Source: Catajapyx aquilonaris (Eukaryota). Taken from it: a DNA stretch of 64,000 nt. The stretch is taken from the NCBI GenBank assembly GCA_000934665.2, contig KZ537957.1, positions 124,001-188,000 on the forward strand, given 5' to 3'. Both the position numbers and the translations under genes were made by a program. This document shows positions 1 through 11,540 of this stretch, piece by piece. The notes below the pieces were generated by a model that saw only the letters and a program-made list of their open reading frames with translations, did not search any database and was not told the origin of the DNA. Positions within the stretch are counted from its first letter, which is position 1, and each line of letters starts with the position of its first letter.

Positions 1-245
1 AACGCTTCTTCAGCATTGACGACATTGCATGCCTAGAAGCCGCAAAAGTTTTAGTGACTGTTAATCCTCATTTGGCTATAGGAAATTACACTTCACAGAA
101 GCATGAAGCCACAAACCACCAATGTGCATACGTGACACTTGCTGATCAATCATCAATTAAACTACTACTGACAAGGCCTATTTATAGAACCAAAAAAGCA
201 AAGCGCAGTTTTGTGTGGCATTACATGAAAATAAAAATGCATTAC

Positions 246-261
246 CTTGGAGCCATCTCAT
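246..261 (-). CDS. Possible first coding bases (MRWLQ, then phase-1 intron); product unknown
   Basis: GGCGCC-ATG in good Kozak context, 16 nt before the donor. An in-frame upstream ATG (MRGGGVNQEGA...) also exists. Confidence 0.3.
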
Positions 262-535
262 GGCGCCTTCCTGGTTGACCCCCCCACCCCGCATGACACG
301 CAGACCCCCCCTTTGGCCCAAGGTCACTCCCAAGCGCACTGTCCCCCGACCTGTCCCGAGGTCAAGGTCGTAACCTGGCACGTCAGGCCTCCTGTTGTGA
401 CCAGTCCCAGGTCGGAAAGCAACGAGTCCATGCAGACGGCACAGACGGCCCGGAGCCAGCACCACTTTTGGGTTTCTGGGCCCCAGAAGCGGAGCTTACT
501 GCGCCAACGTAGAAACGTGACGACCAGGCATGACT
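246..535 (-). other. Candidate first exon of a minus-strand gene that continues off the left edge (5' UTR plus start of CDS)
   Basis: Minus-strand Inr match TCAGTC (plus 532-537) next to a 7/8 DRE match. GC-rich body. Consensus donor AAG|GTAATG at 246/245. No pyrimidine-rich acceptor upstream. Confidence 0.45.
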
Positions 536-1723
536 GATCGATAGTCTTTTGCCACCCCCCTCTCTCCCATCCTCGACCTTCTCTACCCCTACCCTTCCAT
601 GGCCTGCTATCCATATACACACCGATCTCATCCTGGGATATACATTACATTGTATTTGAATAGCGTTTGATATACACAAGCCAATATTGTGACCGTACAT
701 TACATGCAGCGGTGAATATGTAATTTTATGGTAGCTGTTTTTGAATTCGTTTGTATATGACGGACACTTGCTGATTAACAACCTCTGAGTGCGTGATTAC
801 GTCATAACAATTTAATGAATATGCCCCGAAATGTATTTACCTCGATATCATGCCCTGAAGCCTTAATTACGTGCCGTTATTAATATTAATAACTACATCC
901 TGCTTACTTTGCATGTAATATTCCAAAAACAATTTATTACACTCCTGTAAATCACAGCTCAAAATAAGTATCATATGCCAGGCTTATAACCTCCATCCGC
1001 ACCTTAAAAGCTCGAAATACAAACACCTTGAAGAAGCGCTTTTTAGTGTCGGCCGGATTCAAGGGGGAAAAAAAGAACCTTTTCAGTAAAGGTCTCGTAA
1101 GAATGAGAAAGATTCATCTCCTTCCTCTTTTCGCGGGATTTGAGCCCTTGCTAAGCTGAGAGGTGTCTCCACCAAATTGCCGACTGAGTCCCCCAGGATT
1201 ATTGAAGTGCGTGGCTGGGAGAAGCTTTGGCACCACTGACACACTCACGCGCATTGATTGCACCCATATCTTTCATTAGGTTAACTGCTAAAATTTCGGA
1301 CTCACCCGATGTGCGGGCCTACCAGACGAGCACCACATACCCGTATGAAAGACATCCGGGATCCAATTACGTCGGCCTGCGAGTCAGGTTTTCCCCATTG
1401 ACGTGTGTCAGACATCTCGTTTTGTGGCAAACTATACGAGGTTGAGCCGACCGATTGTGGCAGCGGGCACCGCAGCTCTTTTTAACCAATCAATAGCCGC
1501 CGCCCGGGATCAAACCGGTTGTCAAATATTGAAGAAATAAGATGTTGAGTATGGAGGTACAAATACTGGCGGCTATAGGTTCAATACTCGTACTTGTAAA
1601 AAATTTTGACAGAAAATGGATCAGCAGAATTATATTTTGCCCCTGCAGGGTATACTACAAATTGGACAAGGGTGCGGTTGCCTCCAACCCAGGATGACCC
1701 ACTGTCACTGTTCTAATACAGTA

Positions 1724-1833
1724 TACCTTGAACACAATTATATTGTACCTTGAACGCAATTATATTGTACCTTGAACACAATTATATTGTACCTTGAACA
1801 CAATAATTATATTGCACCTTGAACACAATAATA
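1724..1833. repeat. Minisatellite, 22-bp unit TACCTTGAACACAATTATATTG, about 5 copies
   Basis: Tandem copies are directly visible, with few variants. Confidence 0.95.
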
Positions 1834-1899
1834 TTTGAGGAAAGAGGGCAGGAAAATGAATAGGTGACATTTTTTAAAAAAATATAGTAATGGCCTAAA

Positions 1900-2474
1900 A
1901 ATAAATAATTACCATTATTGGCTAGTCCTACGATTACCAAAATAGGTATGAAAGGAAGTTGGTTGCGTGGCTCCGGCTTTGGGGGAACTAATTGATCGTA
2001 AAGGGCGTGGAAAGGACAGTATAGAAACCCGCACTCAAGCGGTATGCTACTGCCTGTTTTACTGGGGGTTGTACTTTAATGCTCGTTTCACGTAAATTAT
2101 GCTACAGGAGGGACAAAAAATATTAATAACTGGCAGGTAAGCCTTGTCGGAAAGGGTCCTGGGTATGCTTGTTACTAATGGTGCGACGAAAGCCATCACG
2201 TATTACGGGGTGGACTCGGAGGAATGCAGGTGTGTAGCACGCACACACTCTCAGGACAGGTGTCTCATTTGTCATATGTTATAGATTTTTGTACTTGCAT
2301 TTGTCTGGAAGGTTGTTACCCTTAAGTTGTATTAACATTACAGGTTAGGTTGCTAATGTTTTCAATATTTATATTTATTTTCAATATTTTGTATTTATAG
2401 GCTGTCTATGCAATGACTGCTTTTTTGCTATGTATGCATATATGGCGTTGTTTGTGTTACGTTAATAAATTACA
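1900..2474 (+). mobile_element. Degenerate 3' end of a non-LTR retrotransposon (CR1/L2/Daphne-like ORF2 tail plus 3' UTR)
   Basis: Broken translation RYERKLVAWLRLWGN*L...KGR...CYC resembles the LINE ORF2 C-terminal pattern. It is followed by a TG/T-rich UTR-like stretch ending in AATAAA. Boundaries approximate. Confidence 0.4.
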
Positions 2475-4680
2475 GCAGAACTGCCATGTGCGATGTTGTC
2501 CCACAATAGAATAACAAAAATCGCGATAGTGTAGGTGCATTTCCTGATCATGACAGACACGTACAAGTACTTTCGTGAAAGATCGGGCAGCCCCCATATT
2601 TCACCCATTATCATATGATCTGAGTGAAATTTTAAGAATGCGCGACTGGACTACAGTTCCCGGAATAAAGTGAGCTCTGGACATAAAGTCCAAGCGTGAA
2701 TCCGTCAACGCCAGGTCCCATAGTTTATTTCACGTGTTATGGCCGCCGCACACTCCGTTCCTACCACGCACATCCTCTCCAATTGGCCCACAGGACATTC
2801 ATGAGCTACTTTTAACCGGCCAGTACGGAACTGCGTGTTTTTTAAGACCTCAAGGCATGAGTTCGGAGTGGGAAAACAATCGCCGAAAAGGCGAGATATC
2901 AGCAGTGAAATAAAAGAAAGTAAGAATAGATGCAAGGGTAATGAGTAAACGAAAGGGGACTTATAATTGCTCATTAAAACGCCTTTGTAGCAAAAGGAGG
3001 GATGTGTCGTGGAAATTTGGGAACGTGTCGGTGGAAGTTGTGAAACGAGTTTATGGCCGATCCAAACTGCTGCGTAAAACGTCACTCAACTCAAATTGGC
3101 TCTAGATTTAAAATATTAAGGTGATGTTCCGACGCTGTTTGGGTGGTGTGAGTTTTAGAACGGTTTAATACGGATAATAATTAAAGAGGGTTAACAGTGG
3201 AGGGTGACTTAAATAGGGCCTGTAGAGGGTGGAAAATAAGGAACAGTTTTATTCGGTGTCTGTCGGAAAAAATGTAAGTTACTCTCTTTAGTTTGTCAGA
3301 AAAATATGTGAATTCCATGTCTATAATTTTATTTGTTTTATTTTTTAATACCACGTGATAGGGCTCTAGGTCCTCTTAGGGGGAGGTTCTCAATAGGGAG
3401 GGCGCTGTGTGGTAGTCATTTCTGACATTTTTTAAACACCAGGCCTTTTCTCCTGGCCCTGGGCAGAGTAAGGAGTGCAATTCTGCCCCGGTATGTCGGG
3501 TGAAAAGCGAATTCCACGTCTATTAGGAACAGGCAACCCGGATATAAGATATAAAAATTACAATATCAAAACACATATGACAGATTAAAACAACACTATC
3601 AAGACAGTGTGAATGGCAATATTACATGTAAACCATGATGCAATATCACCAGTAAATTGCAATAGCAGTAGTTGTAATTACATAAAATTAAAGGACAGTT
3701 ATAGGCTTCGGTGTCGCTGGTATAGAAACAAAGTCAGCCTCTTACGCCGACGAACTTAATTATTTTGAAACATCCTTTTAATGTCACCTTCGGGGCCCCC
3801 GATAGCACTTTGTGAACAGGCTCATTAGCGTGCCCATAAAATCTTCCCTCTCAATCTACTGTTATTGAAAGTGCAGTTAAGCGTAAGCCCCAGAAACTGA
3901 AACCAGTTCCAAACTCCATTCCCTCGAAAACCGCGACCTCTTTTAGGTCAACACCCCCTCTGACTTTGAAATGAGACGAACAGCGATACAAACGTAACTA
4001 CAACCTTCCTCCCCCCCCCCGNCCCCCCCCCCCCCCCATTGCATTTTGTGCCTAGCTTTCATCTCTCGAATTTGTTGCCTCCATGTCCCAGAGCAAAGAG
4101 TTTCAAAGGTGGAATTCTGTCAACAGAACGGAAATAAGGCTGCCCAGGCGTCGCTTTGAGGATGGCCAGGAGGATGAGGAAAATGCAAAAATCCGCTAGT
4201 TTTTTTTTTCCGAGGCTATCTTTCATTTTTTTAAACTGACTGCTTCTGGCTCTGCTCCATGGTGGCGGATACGAGAATTTTTCTACTTTTCAAAAAAAAA
4301 GTCCAAAGGAGGAAAAGCTCAGATTCGATAAAGGAGGGGTGGTAGAAGGGAAAGTCGGGGGACACTGGTCCGAGTTTTTCACTCTGACAAAGAGGTTCTG
4401 TGCCATGCTGGATTTTCTCTCAGATAGTCAAGGAAGCATTTTCCGTGAGGGCTTTTTTTCCCTTTGGTTTCAGCTAAATGTGTTACGAAGGCAAGTTTTT
4501 TTTCCCTCGATTTCTTTTTTTTTTCCTCTTCCTTTTATTTCGAGGAAATTGGTATAAGGAAATGGCGCTAGGGCAGTGCTCCTTTTATGCATGAGACCAT
4601 CGGGGCAGAATCGGTGACAATACAAAGGGAATTGTGTGCAAGAAAATTTATGTCAAAATCTGCCAATCTGACATCAACAT

Positions 4681-4820
4681 GTACTATGGGACTCAAATTC
4701 TTTTGGCCACTATATCCTAGTCTTAAAGCAACCCTTCACACATACACACCGTGGGGCCTGTACGAAGGGTTGCTTCAAGACCAGGATAAAGTGGTCAAAA
4801 CAATTTGAACCCCTTAGTAC
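4681..4820. mobile_element. Foldback MITE family A, copy 1
   Basis: GTACTA...TAGTAC ends. Arms TGGCCACTATATCCTAGTCTTAAAGCAACCCTT and AAGGGTTGCTTCAAGACCAGGATAAAGTGGTCA are inverted. Homologous to 7731-7880 and 45542-45657, with the loop in the opposite orientation. Confidence 0.85.
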
Positions 4821-4850
4821 ATTTTATATGACTTTAAATGTACAGTATTA

Positions 4851-5263
4851 ACCGAAGCGGCAGTAGGTGAGGGGATATGGTATCCGACTGCGAATCGGGA
4901 GGTCCAGGGATCAAATCCCCGGGCCGGCAACTCTGACCGTGATTTTCTGTGGTTTCCCACGGTCCCTCCAGGTGAATACCAGAGTTTTTTTTCCCGTAAT
5001 TAATAGCCCACAGCCGTTTCCTTCCTTCCCTATCCTTGTCCTGTCCTTGAGGAGGTGCGGTGTCGGTGGGAGACTTCTGACCCGCACCTAGGGGGTGTCT
5101 TTCAGCTTGGCCCCCTGGGGGACTGCACAGAGCCCTCAAATTGAGACACTTCCACCCAGTACCCCCCCCCCNNNNNNNNNNNNNNNNNNNNNNNCCCCCC
5201 CCCCCCCCCCGCGCCCTGAACAAAGTTTGTAGGGGGGTGGTTGAAGAGGGAGAAAGTTTAAAA
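4851..5263 (+). mobile_element. tRNA-derived SINE, apparently full length, 15-bp TSD
   Basis: tRNA-like head with anticodon-arm-like TCCGA-CTGCGAA-TCGGG (4883-4899) and B-box-like GGGATCAAATCCC. A-rich tail. TSD AAATGTACAGTATTA at 4836-4850 and 5264-5278. Contains an N gap at 5172-5194. Confidence 0.85.
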
Positions 5264-7730
5264 AAATGTACAGTATTACCGCACTTGTATAAGACTATAA
5301 TGTAATTAGTCTATTTCTGGCATAATTTCGTGAGAAGCTACAGTGATTATGCTATACAGTGCACGGTATGCATATTTTAATTAGAATGGTCAATTCGATG
5401 TCAGGATCATTTCGATAAAAATGCCAGATATCTCTCTTTGCAGTCTGCTCAATTATGAAATACGGATCAAATTATGGGAATTTACAGTGCGATGGATGAC
5501 TTTTACGAGGTACACTGTAGACACGTATCACCCGTGTGTAGCACGCACCTGCGATATTACGTCCCGTAAATATGCCTAATATGAGCCACACTCGCAATTC
5601 CGGTATTTTAACAAGAGGGGACTCCGGATAATTAAGAGATTTTGCAGGAAATTGCGTCAAAAAAATTGCAAGAAAAATAAAAACCCAGGACTACTGCGCC
5701 GTCTCGGCGATACAGCAACCAGACCTTCTACGAACATTGATTTTCCGGCACTGTTTTTCCCTACCTTTCACATTACAAGACAGGGTAATCCCTCAAGTGT
5801 CTCTCTTGCTCAATCCCAACACATCATCCGTGTGGCATCGCGCCAATTCCTCCATGTGAATTAATAAGTGATTTTCCTGCTCCGGTGGATTTCCCATGCT
5901 CCATTGATTATGTGGATTTTGGAGGGACTCCCTGTAAAAGCTGTGGTTTCACGCTTATTATTTATAGCACCCCCCCCCCCCTATATGCAAATTATACAAA
6001 CGTGTGGCTTGTGACACGTTCATCAGTCATTGTTGGCAATTTCGTGCCTGTTGGAATTAGCAATTTTGGGCTAGAATATTCTTGCGGTTTGACCCCCCAT
6101 TGGCTAATAGGTCATGGAAAAATTTGCAAACTTTGGTTAATGAAATTTTCCTAACACTTTGGAGGGAGTTTTAAAGGATCCGGGAATTTATCTCCATTGG
6201 AAGTAATTAGGGAATTGGCGAAGGAGCCCAGGAAGGGCGTGTAATACTGCAAAAAAAAAAGTGGGATACATTTCATTATGAAATATTGATTCTGGCACTG
6301 GGTCCACAGTTACAATTCCGGGAGAGAATTAAAAACGCAAGGAAATTATTGGACACCGGACTTTCCCTGTTTTCCACAAATTACGGGAGGCTGCGACTGT
6401 TGCCCGAGATACCGCCCAGTGTAAGTCACATTCCGATTCCCGATACAACTTCTCATTATGTGCTATTTCACGCCTTTGTGGTTATGCAAAGCCCCCCCAA
6501 TCTCCAGTTTGAAAATTAGATCAGACTCACCAGCAAAGGATTTCAATCCGTGTCGAGCTATAGAGGACAATCCGGCAAAGTAGCGGCTATTGTGTGAATT
6601 AGTTGCCCTGTAAAGGAGGGGGGGGGGGNAGAGTCAGATTTAAGGAGAGTGAAATTAAGATAAATGGGATGAAACAGGTGGCGCTATTTCTTCATCGCGC
6701 ACTTTCTAAGAAGTTCATTACCGGAGGGAAATTTTGAGGGTAAATCTCTCGGGGGTGGGGCTCAAAGGAGCGAAGTTCACGTACATAATATTGCTGGGAT
6801 GTCCGTGAGATATGGTATATGGCTCGTAGCTTCTTCATAATGCAGCGATGCTGAACTTTGTGAGAGAATATTTAGAAATTTCATATACACATTCGATAAG
6901 ATTTTGATAGAATCATTTTTGTAAGATTACAATCCCGATCATAAAGAATGTCCCGTTTTTGTCCCCCTTCGCAATTAATCTTGCAGCGAAAAGTCCCGTA
7001 TTGGTAACACCGGGAAGCAATCGATACGCAAATATTTGGCCATTTGCGTGTGAGATATCTGGAGCAAAGCCCCCCTCAGCTTAACCCTACCCTTCACTGG
7101 TATCCTTTCGCCATCTCTCTGCCGAAATTTTTCGGCACTCTATAGTTTTCGTCGTGGCTACGAGATGGCGAAGGCGTCGCATTCCGTTCTTGTCTGCAAC
7201 AGTTGGCTCCGGAGGGCGACACGAGCTACGAAAAAAATATGGCCGAATCCACAATTATTAATGATGATGGCCAAATTCTTGCCAATTTCGGAGATCGGTT
7301 CCAACCCTACCAGATGTTACTTCGGAGGGTGGATGATCCACTTGGTACAGCTCCAAGCTCTATAATAATTCGTCAACAGCTGCCTGGAGATGGAGCCAGA
7401 GTCGGTCCTAGGACCGAGGCCTTTTTCGGAATTTCGTATTATTGGATGACACGGAGAAGGAAATGGAGATGCCTGGTGAATTGAAATGGATCGGTCAAAT
7501 ATTACGCCGCGAGTGCCACACGGTGAATGGAAGATAGATGCTGGCGGTTTTTACGGGATTAAAAACTGCTACGGAATGTCGCGATTCTGACGTCATTCAT
7601 TTTCCACGGCGTATTGTGACTGTTGAGAATGATGGATTTTTTGGGGGAAATCCAGTAAATGCATATTACATGAATTTTGTAACAATAACTGAATGTGTAT
7701 AGCCGAAATAGAACAGCTAATAACCGCTAT

Positions 7731-7880
7731 GTACTATCGGGTTCAATTAGTTCCGGCCACTTTATCCTGGTGTTGAAGCTACCATTCGCACAGGCCCCAC
7801 TGAGAGGATGAGTGTGTGTGCGAAGGGTTGCTTCAAGACCAGGATAAAGTGGCCGGAACTAATTGAACCCGATATAGTAC
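7731..7880. mobile_element. Foldback MITE family A, copy 2 (best preserved)
   Basis: About 55-bp near-perfect inverted arms GTACTATCGGGTTCAATTAGTTCCGGCCACTTTATCCTGG... and ...CCAGGATAAAGTGGCCGGAACTAATTGAACCCGATATAGTAC. Confidence 0.9.
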
Positions 7881-8644
7881 CTCATATAAACATCTGAATC
7901 TCAGAGGGTTTGACTAATATTGAACCTACACTTGTTAAGAACGAGTTTTAATAGCATTTACTATGTAAAATCCATTGCGAATTTTAAAAGAAACTAATGA
8001 GAGGAAATTATTATCCTCGAAAGTCGATAACCCACAACACGTCACGAATATGGCTCGTACCTATAGGCTTTTCCACCATTCCCTCTTAAAATTCATACCC
8101 CGCTTTTTGAAACCTGACTCCGAAATGAAAGACACCAATTTCATTTGGAAGGGAAGCGTCGTAGAAAGAAACACTAGGCGGCAGTAAAATTTGGCCTGAG
8201 CAGCATTAATTTTCTTCCGGGTGGGGAGGGGGGGCTAGAAGTTCATGAATTGCGGAGCTGTAGTGGAGTGGCATCCGAGAAGCATTTAATAAGGAGCCAA
8301 GTTATCTATCACTCCCTAAGGCGGGGTCTCCTTAAGAGAGTCCGGAGAATAAATGGGCTGAAATAATTCCCGGCGGAACTAGTGTCCTCCATATCTCGTC
8401 GAGCCCTGTTCAATGGCCTGGAAGGTCTCGTGATGAGATATAAAGCCATCGAGCTCGGATGAGACTTTCACACAAGTCAATGCCAAGGAGAAGGAATAAC
8501 CTTTCTAACTCGATTTTATACTGCGAATCTCTGTGGGCGGTATTGAAGTTCAGGGACTATTGTTGAGAGCATATTGACCCAATAGAGAACGCAGTGTCAG
8601 GCAATATATGGTGACGTCTCCTCAGTTGCACCAATTTCGCTAAG

Positions 8645-8711
8645 AGATGGCATTGCTGATGCGGGGGAGGCTAGGAGTTGTATCTAGTCGTGAAACAGCC
8701 AGAAATGAGGC
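8645..8711 (-). repeat. Dispersed repeat family F, partial copy
   Basis: Reverse complement reads GCCTC..GGCTGTTTCACGACTAGATACAACTCCTAGCCTCCCCCGC..GCCATCT, matching the copies at 19811 and 25995. Confidence 0.7.
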
Positions 8712-10533
8712 AACCTGGATATTATATTGGACTAAGACCCTTGGGGAGAGATGACCTAGCAAATCTATATTCGACAGAGATTGCCCGTGACCCTTCTACA
8801 TATACATATGTTACATGTATTCAATTCACGTGGAAGACAATCATTTCATGCAAACTGCGAGAGGTGGCGCGAATGGCCCCCATCAGGTCTCGAAACAGCG
8901 AAAAAGTTGCCCTTCGACCATATACCCACCCGAAAAAGTGCCAAGTTGGTCCTGCGGGCACCTGCGTCAGCAGACAGGGGGGGGGGGGGGGGGNGGGGGT
9001 CCGGATTTATATAAATTTTGCAGTAGCTGTGAAATTTGGGAACTACTGCTTCCTAGATCTGGGTCAAATTTACAATGCAAATGTGGTAAGCAACTCGGGC
9101 TGCAGTGTCACGTAGTTACACTGCACCTGTTGGGAGAGGGTTTGACTAGGGGGGGTACCCATGGCTATTCTTTCAAGCGAGTAAGACCGGGCTCAAATTG
9201 CCTAGCGGAGGGTTTTAATGCCGGCATTTAATCAAAGGCAGTCATCTGCCGGGATTCCAAATCGGTTTGGTACAGCTGCTGTTCGGACTTTGTCTTTGGC
9301 TTGGCGGGAATTGTAATCATGGTGCCTGGGGAGAAGTGATTTATACCCGGGCTTTAATTATGCCCGCATCAACATCGGAAAACTGGGTCGTGCCGAATTA
9401 AAGCAGGCAAATATTAAGAAATGTAACTTTGTTGTAGTATTGCATGTTGTAGGTCATTCAAGCTAGTAGCCTCCTCCCAGGTCCACACCCTGCATCTACG
9501 CCATCTCCTGACCTAACTCCCAACTTGCTAACAATCCAGTGCATGTCTTTCCCCGTTTCCCACATAGTGACCATATGCTTATTGGTCATGATCCGACTAA
9601 AACCGCCGTAAAGTGGTCACTCGGTGTTCCATTTTAGGCTCAAAGCGTGACTCGATTAGCGTGATAAAAAATTTATTATTAAATCTGAGGCACGTAACGG
9701 TGTACCCTTTAGGCTGAGTGGCAAAGTGCGGCGATTACACATTCATTTTCAAGTGGAAAGCCCAGCCAGAGAAAGATTTTTGGGAACCACACGCGCAGGA
9801 CATCGCTTCCCACTTTTATGAATACATGTTCGTGACGTTTCATTTAGTTTGCTATCACTGTGTCCATAATGGACTATTTAGTATCCCGTCGGGCGCTATA
9901 TGGACCGAAATTAAAATCGAATTTGGGACCGGGCAGAAGAAATGTCCCTGGATAGCTAGGGGTACACTGGGGATATTAAATACAAAAATGTGGATTTTTT
10001 TGATTGGATTTTTTTACCTGTTTGAATAGATACGTTTTCAATGCACTATTCAATGTACTAAATCAGAATAATTTTATTACTTTCATCGATTTTTCCTCTT
10101 TGAATTTACACGCTTTTAACATGGGGTGTTCTATTGAATTTTCATACGTTGCTTTTTATCAACAGCTTTAGTTAGTGCCAAATATCTTTTTGTAACTATT
10201 CAGTGCAATATTCCAGAAAAGGTGAATACCATTCCATTAATTAGTAACGATTTGGTTCAGGTTTGGAAGATTTGCTAGGATGCAAGATGGCGCGCGAAGA
10301 AGCTGCGCCCGAAACCGAATTGAATCAACATGCCTAGAGAGCAATTGAAAGGGTAATGGTTAGGAAAACCCATCTCCCAACTCAGGGAACGAAGGCCCAG
10401 AGTTGTCCTAAAGCTACAGCTTGCGAAATTGGAGCAGAGGCTGCGGATGCACTTTCCTTGTCGCTTCGATTTGTCCTTTGAGACTTTGGGAATCCGGAAG
10501 ACACACGTGAAAGATGCTGGATGGAATAGTATA

Positions 10534-10794
10534 CAGGGGGACATGGATTCAGTCATACTGTTAGCGACATTTTCCAATGCGGCAGACGTGTAAATTGAAG
10601 TGCGAGACGTGCGAGTAAGAAATGGTAGCCCTTAGGTGACGTCATTAACAGGGGACAAGCCGTTTCTTCATTGCTCCCCAGCCGGTGACGTCACAAGGCC
10701 TACCTCTTCCTACTCGCACGGCTTCCACTCGATTTGCACTTCTGCCGCATCATAAATGTCGCAAGCAGTATTCCGCGATTAATGTCCAGCACTG
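10534..10794. mobile_element. Tc1/mariner-type MITE family B, copy 1 (left TIR decayed)
   Basis: Colinear with 22664-22940. Right end ATTAATGTCCAGCACTG|TA, TA flanks, long internal inverted symmetry. Confidence 0.85.
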
Positions 10795-11193
10795 TACCTG
10801 ATGCGTTTTTTTGAATAACGGTTGATTATTGAGACCCGTTGTGTAAACAAAAGGGCGTTGTTGATCTCACTTCCTTACACGAGGATGTTCCTTTACTTCT
10901 CACGTAAGATAACACAATTTAGTATTACCGACGGTTCCTTTGAGGTTCTAAGCGAGCTGGAATCAATACTGCTTCCTAGGCGTTTTCTCATGGAGAAAGC
11001 GGGAACGTGCGATATTACCTTTCCTTTCATTTCGACAATTCTGGTCGTCTTTGTCTCAATTAAGGTGGCCAGTTAAGCGAATAAGAGCTAAGCAACAAAC
11101 AATTATAGCTCCTTAGAGCGATGATTACGCCCACATTTTTAGTATATGGCTCAGTTGGATTAATTATGCGAATTCTGGTGATAATCAGCAACC

Positions 11194-11331
11194 CAAGGGG
11201 GTAACTACTTCGGTACTCCGGTGTACACCTGCGAGTGGTACTCCCAGGTACTCCTTAGGTACCTTACTCATTGGTACTCCTTGAATTTGGTTCTCCAGTG
11301 TACACTTTTCAGTCGAGTGGTTACCCCCTTG
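11194..11331. mobile_element. MITE family E (CAAGGG termini, 8-bp TSD; P- or hAT-superfamily), copy 1
   Basis: TIR CAAGGGGGTAAC / GTTACCCCCTTG. Perfect TSD CAGCAACC at 11186-11193 and 11332-11339. Internal GGTACTCC repeats. Confidence 0.92.
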
Positions 11332-11430
11332 CAGCAACCGGTTGACACAGATACGAAATTGACTTATTTCCTCAGCAGATTGTGAGAGCTGACCTTTCTT
11401 TGACCCAGCATGGTCATGGTTTAGTAGTAT

Positions 11431-11540
11431 TAGCCTCCTCAGAGGCTGCCACACGTCTCGTTACAAATCTGCACGCCACCCCACCTAGGATCAACAATCA
11501 CAACTCCTTTGCAGCTCCATCTAGTGGATGCTTGTCACAA
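11431..11540 (+). repeat. Dispersed repeat family F, diverged copy
   Basis: Starts TAGCCTCCTCAGAGGCTG and ends CTCCATCTAGTGGAT..GTCACAA, like the 19811 and 25995 copies. Confidence 0.55.

Noticed and set aside
1..30. Minus-strand CTGAAGA, a possible Penelope-type hammerhead core
   Set aside because: The required stem II and GAAA would lie outside the window. Other CTGATGA sites (for example near 46147 and 38310) lack a stem followed by GAAA.
4851..4927. tRNA gene with anticodon GCG
   Set aside because: The cloverleaf is imperfect and continues into a SINE body with an A tail and TSD.
2231..5549. Shared 15-mer GTGTGTAGCACGCAC at about 2231 and 5535
   Set aside because: A few exact 15-mer matches are expected by chance in 64 kb, and there is no flanking homology.
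7203..7484. 93-aa ORF with protein-like composition
   Set aside because: Non-ATG start, no splice signals and no recognisable motif.
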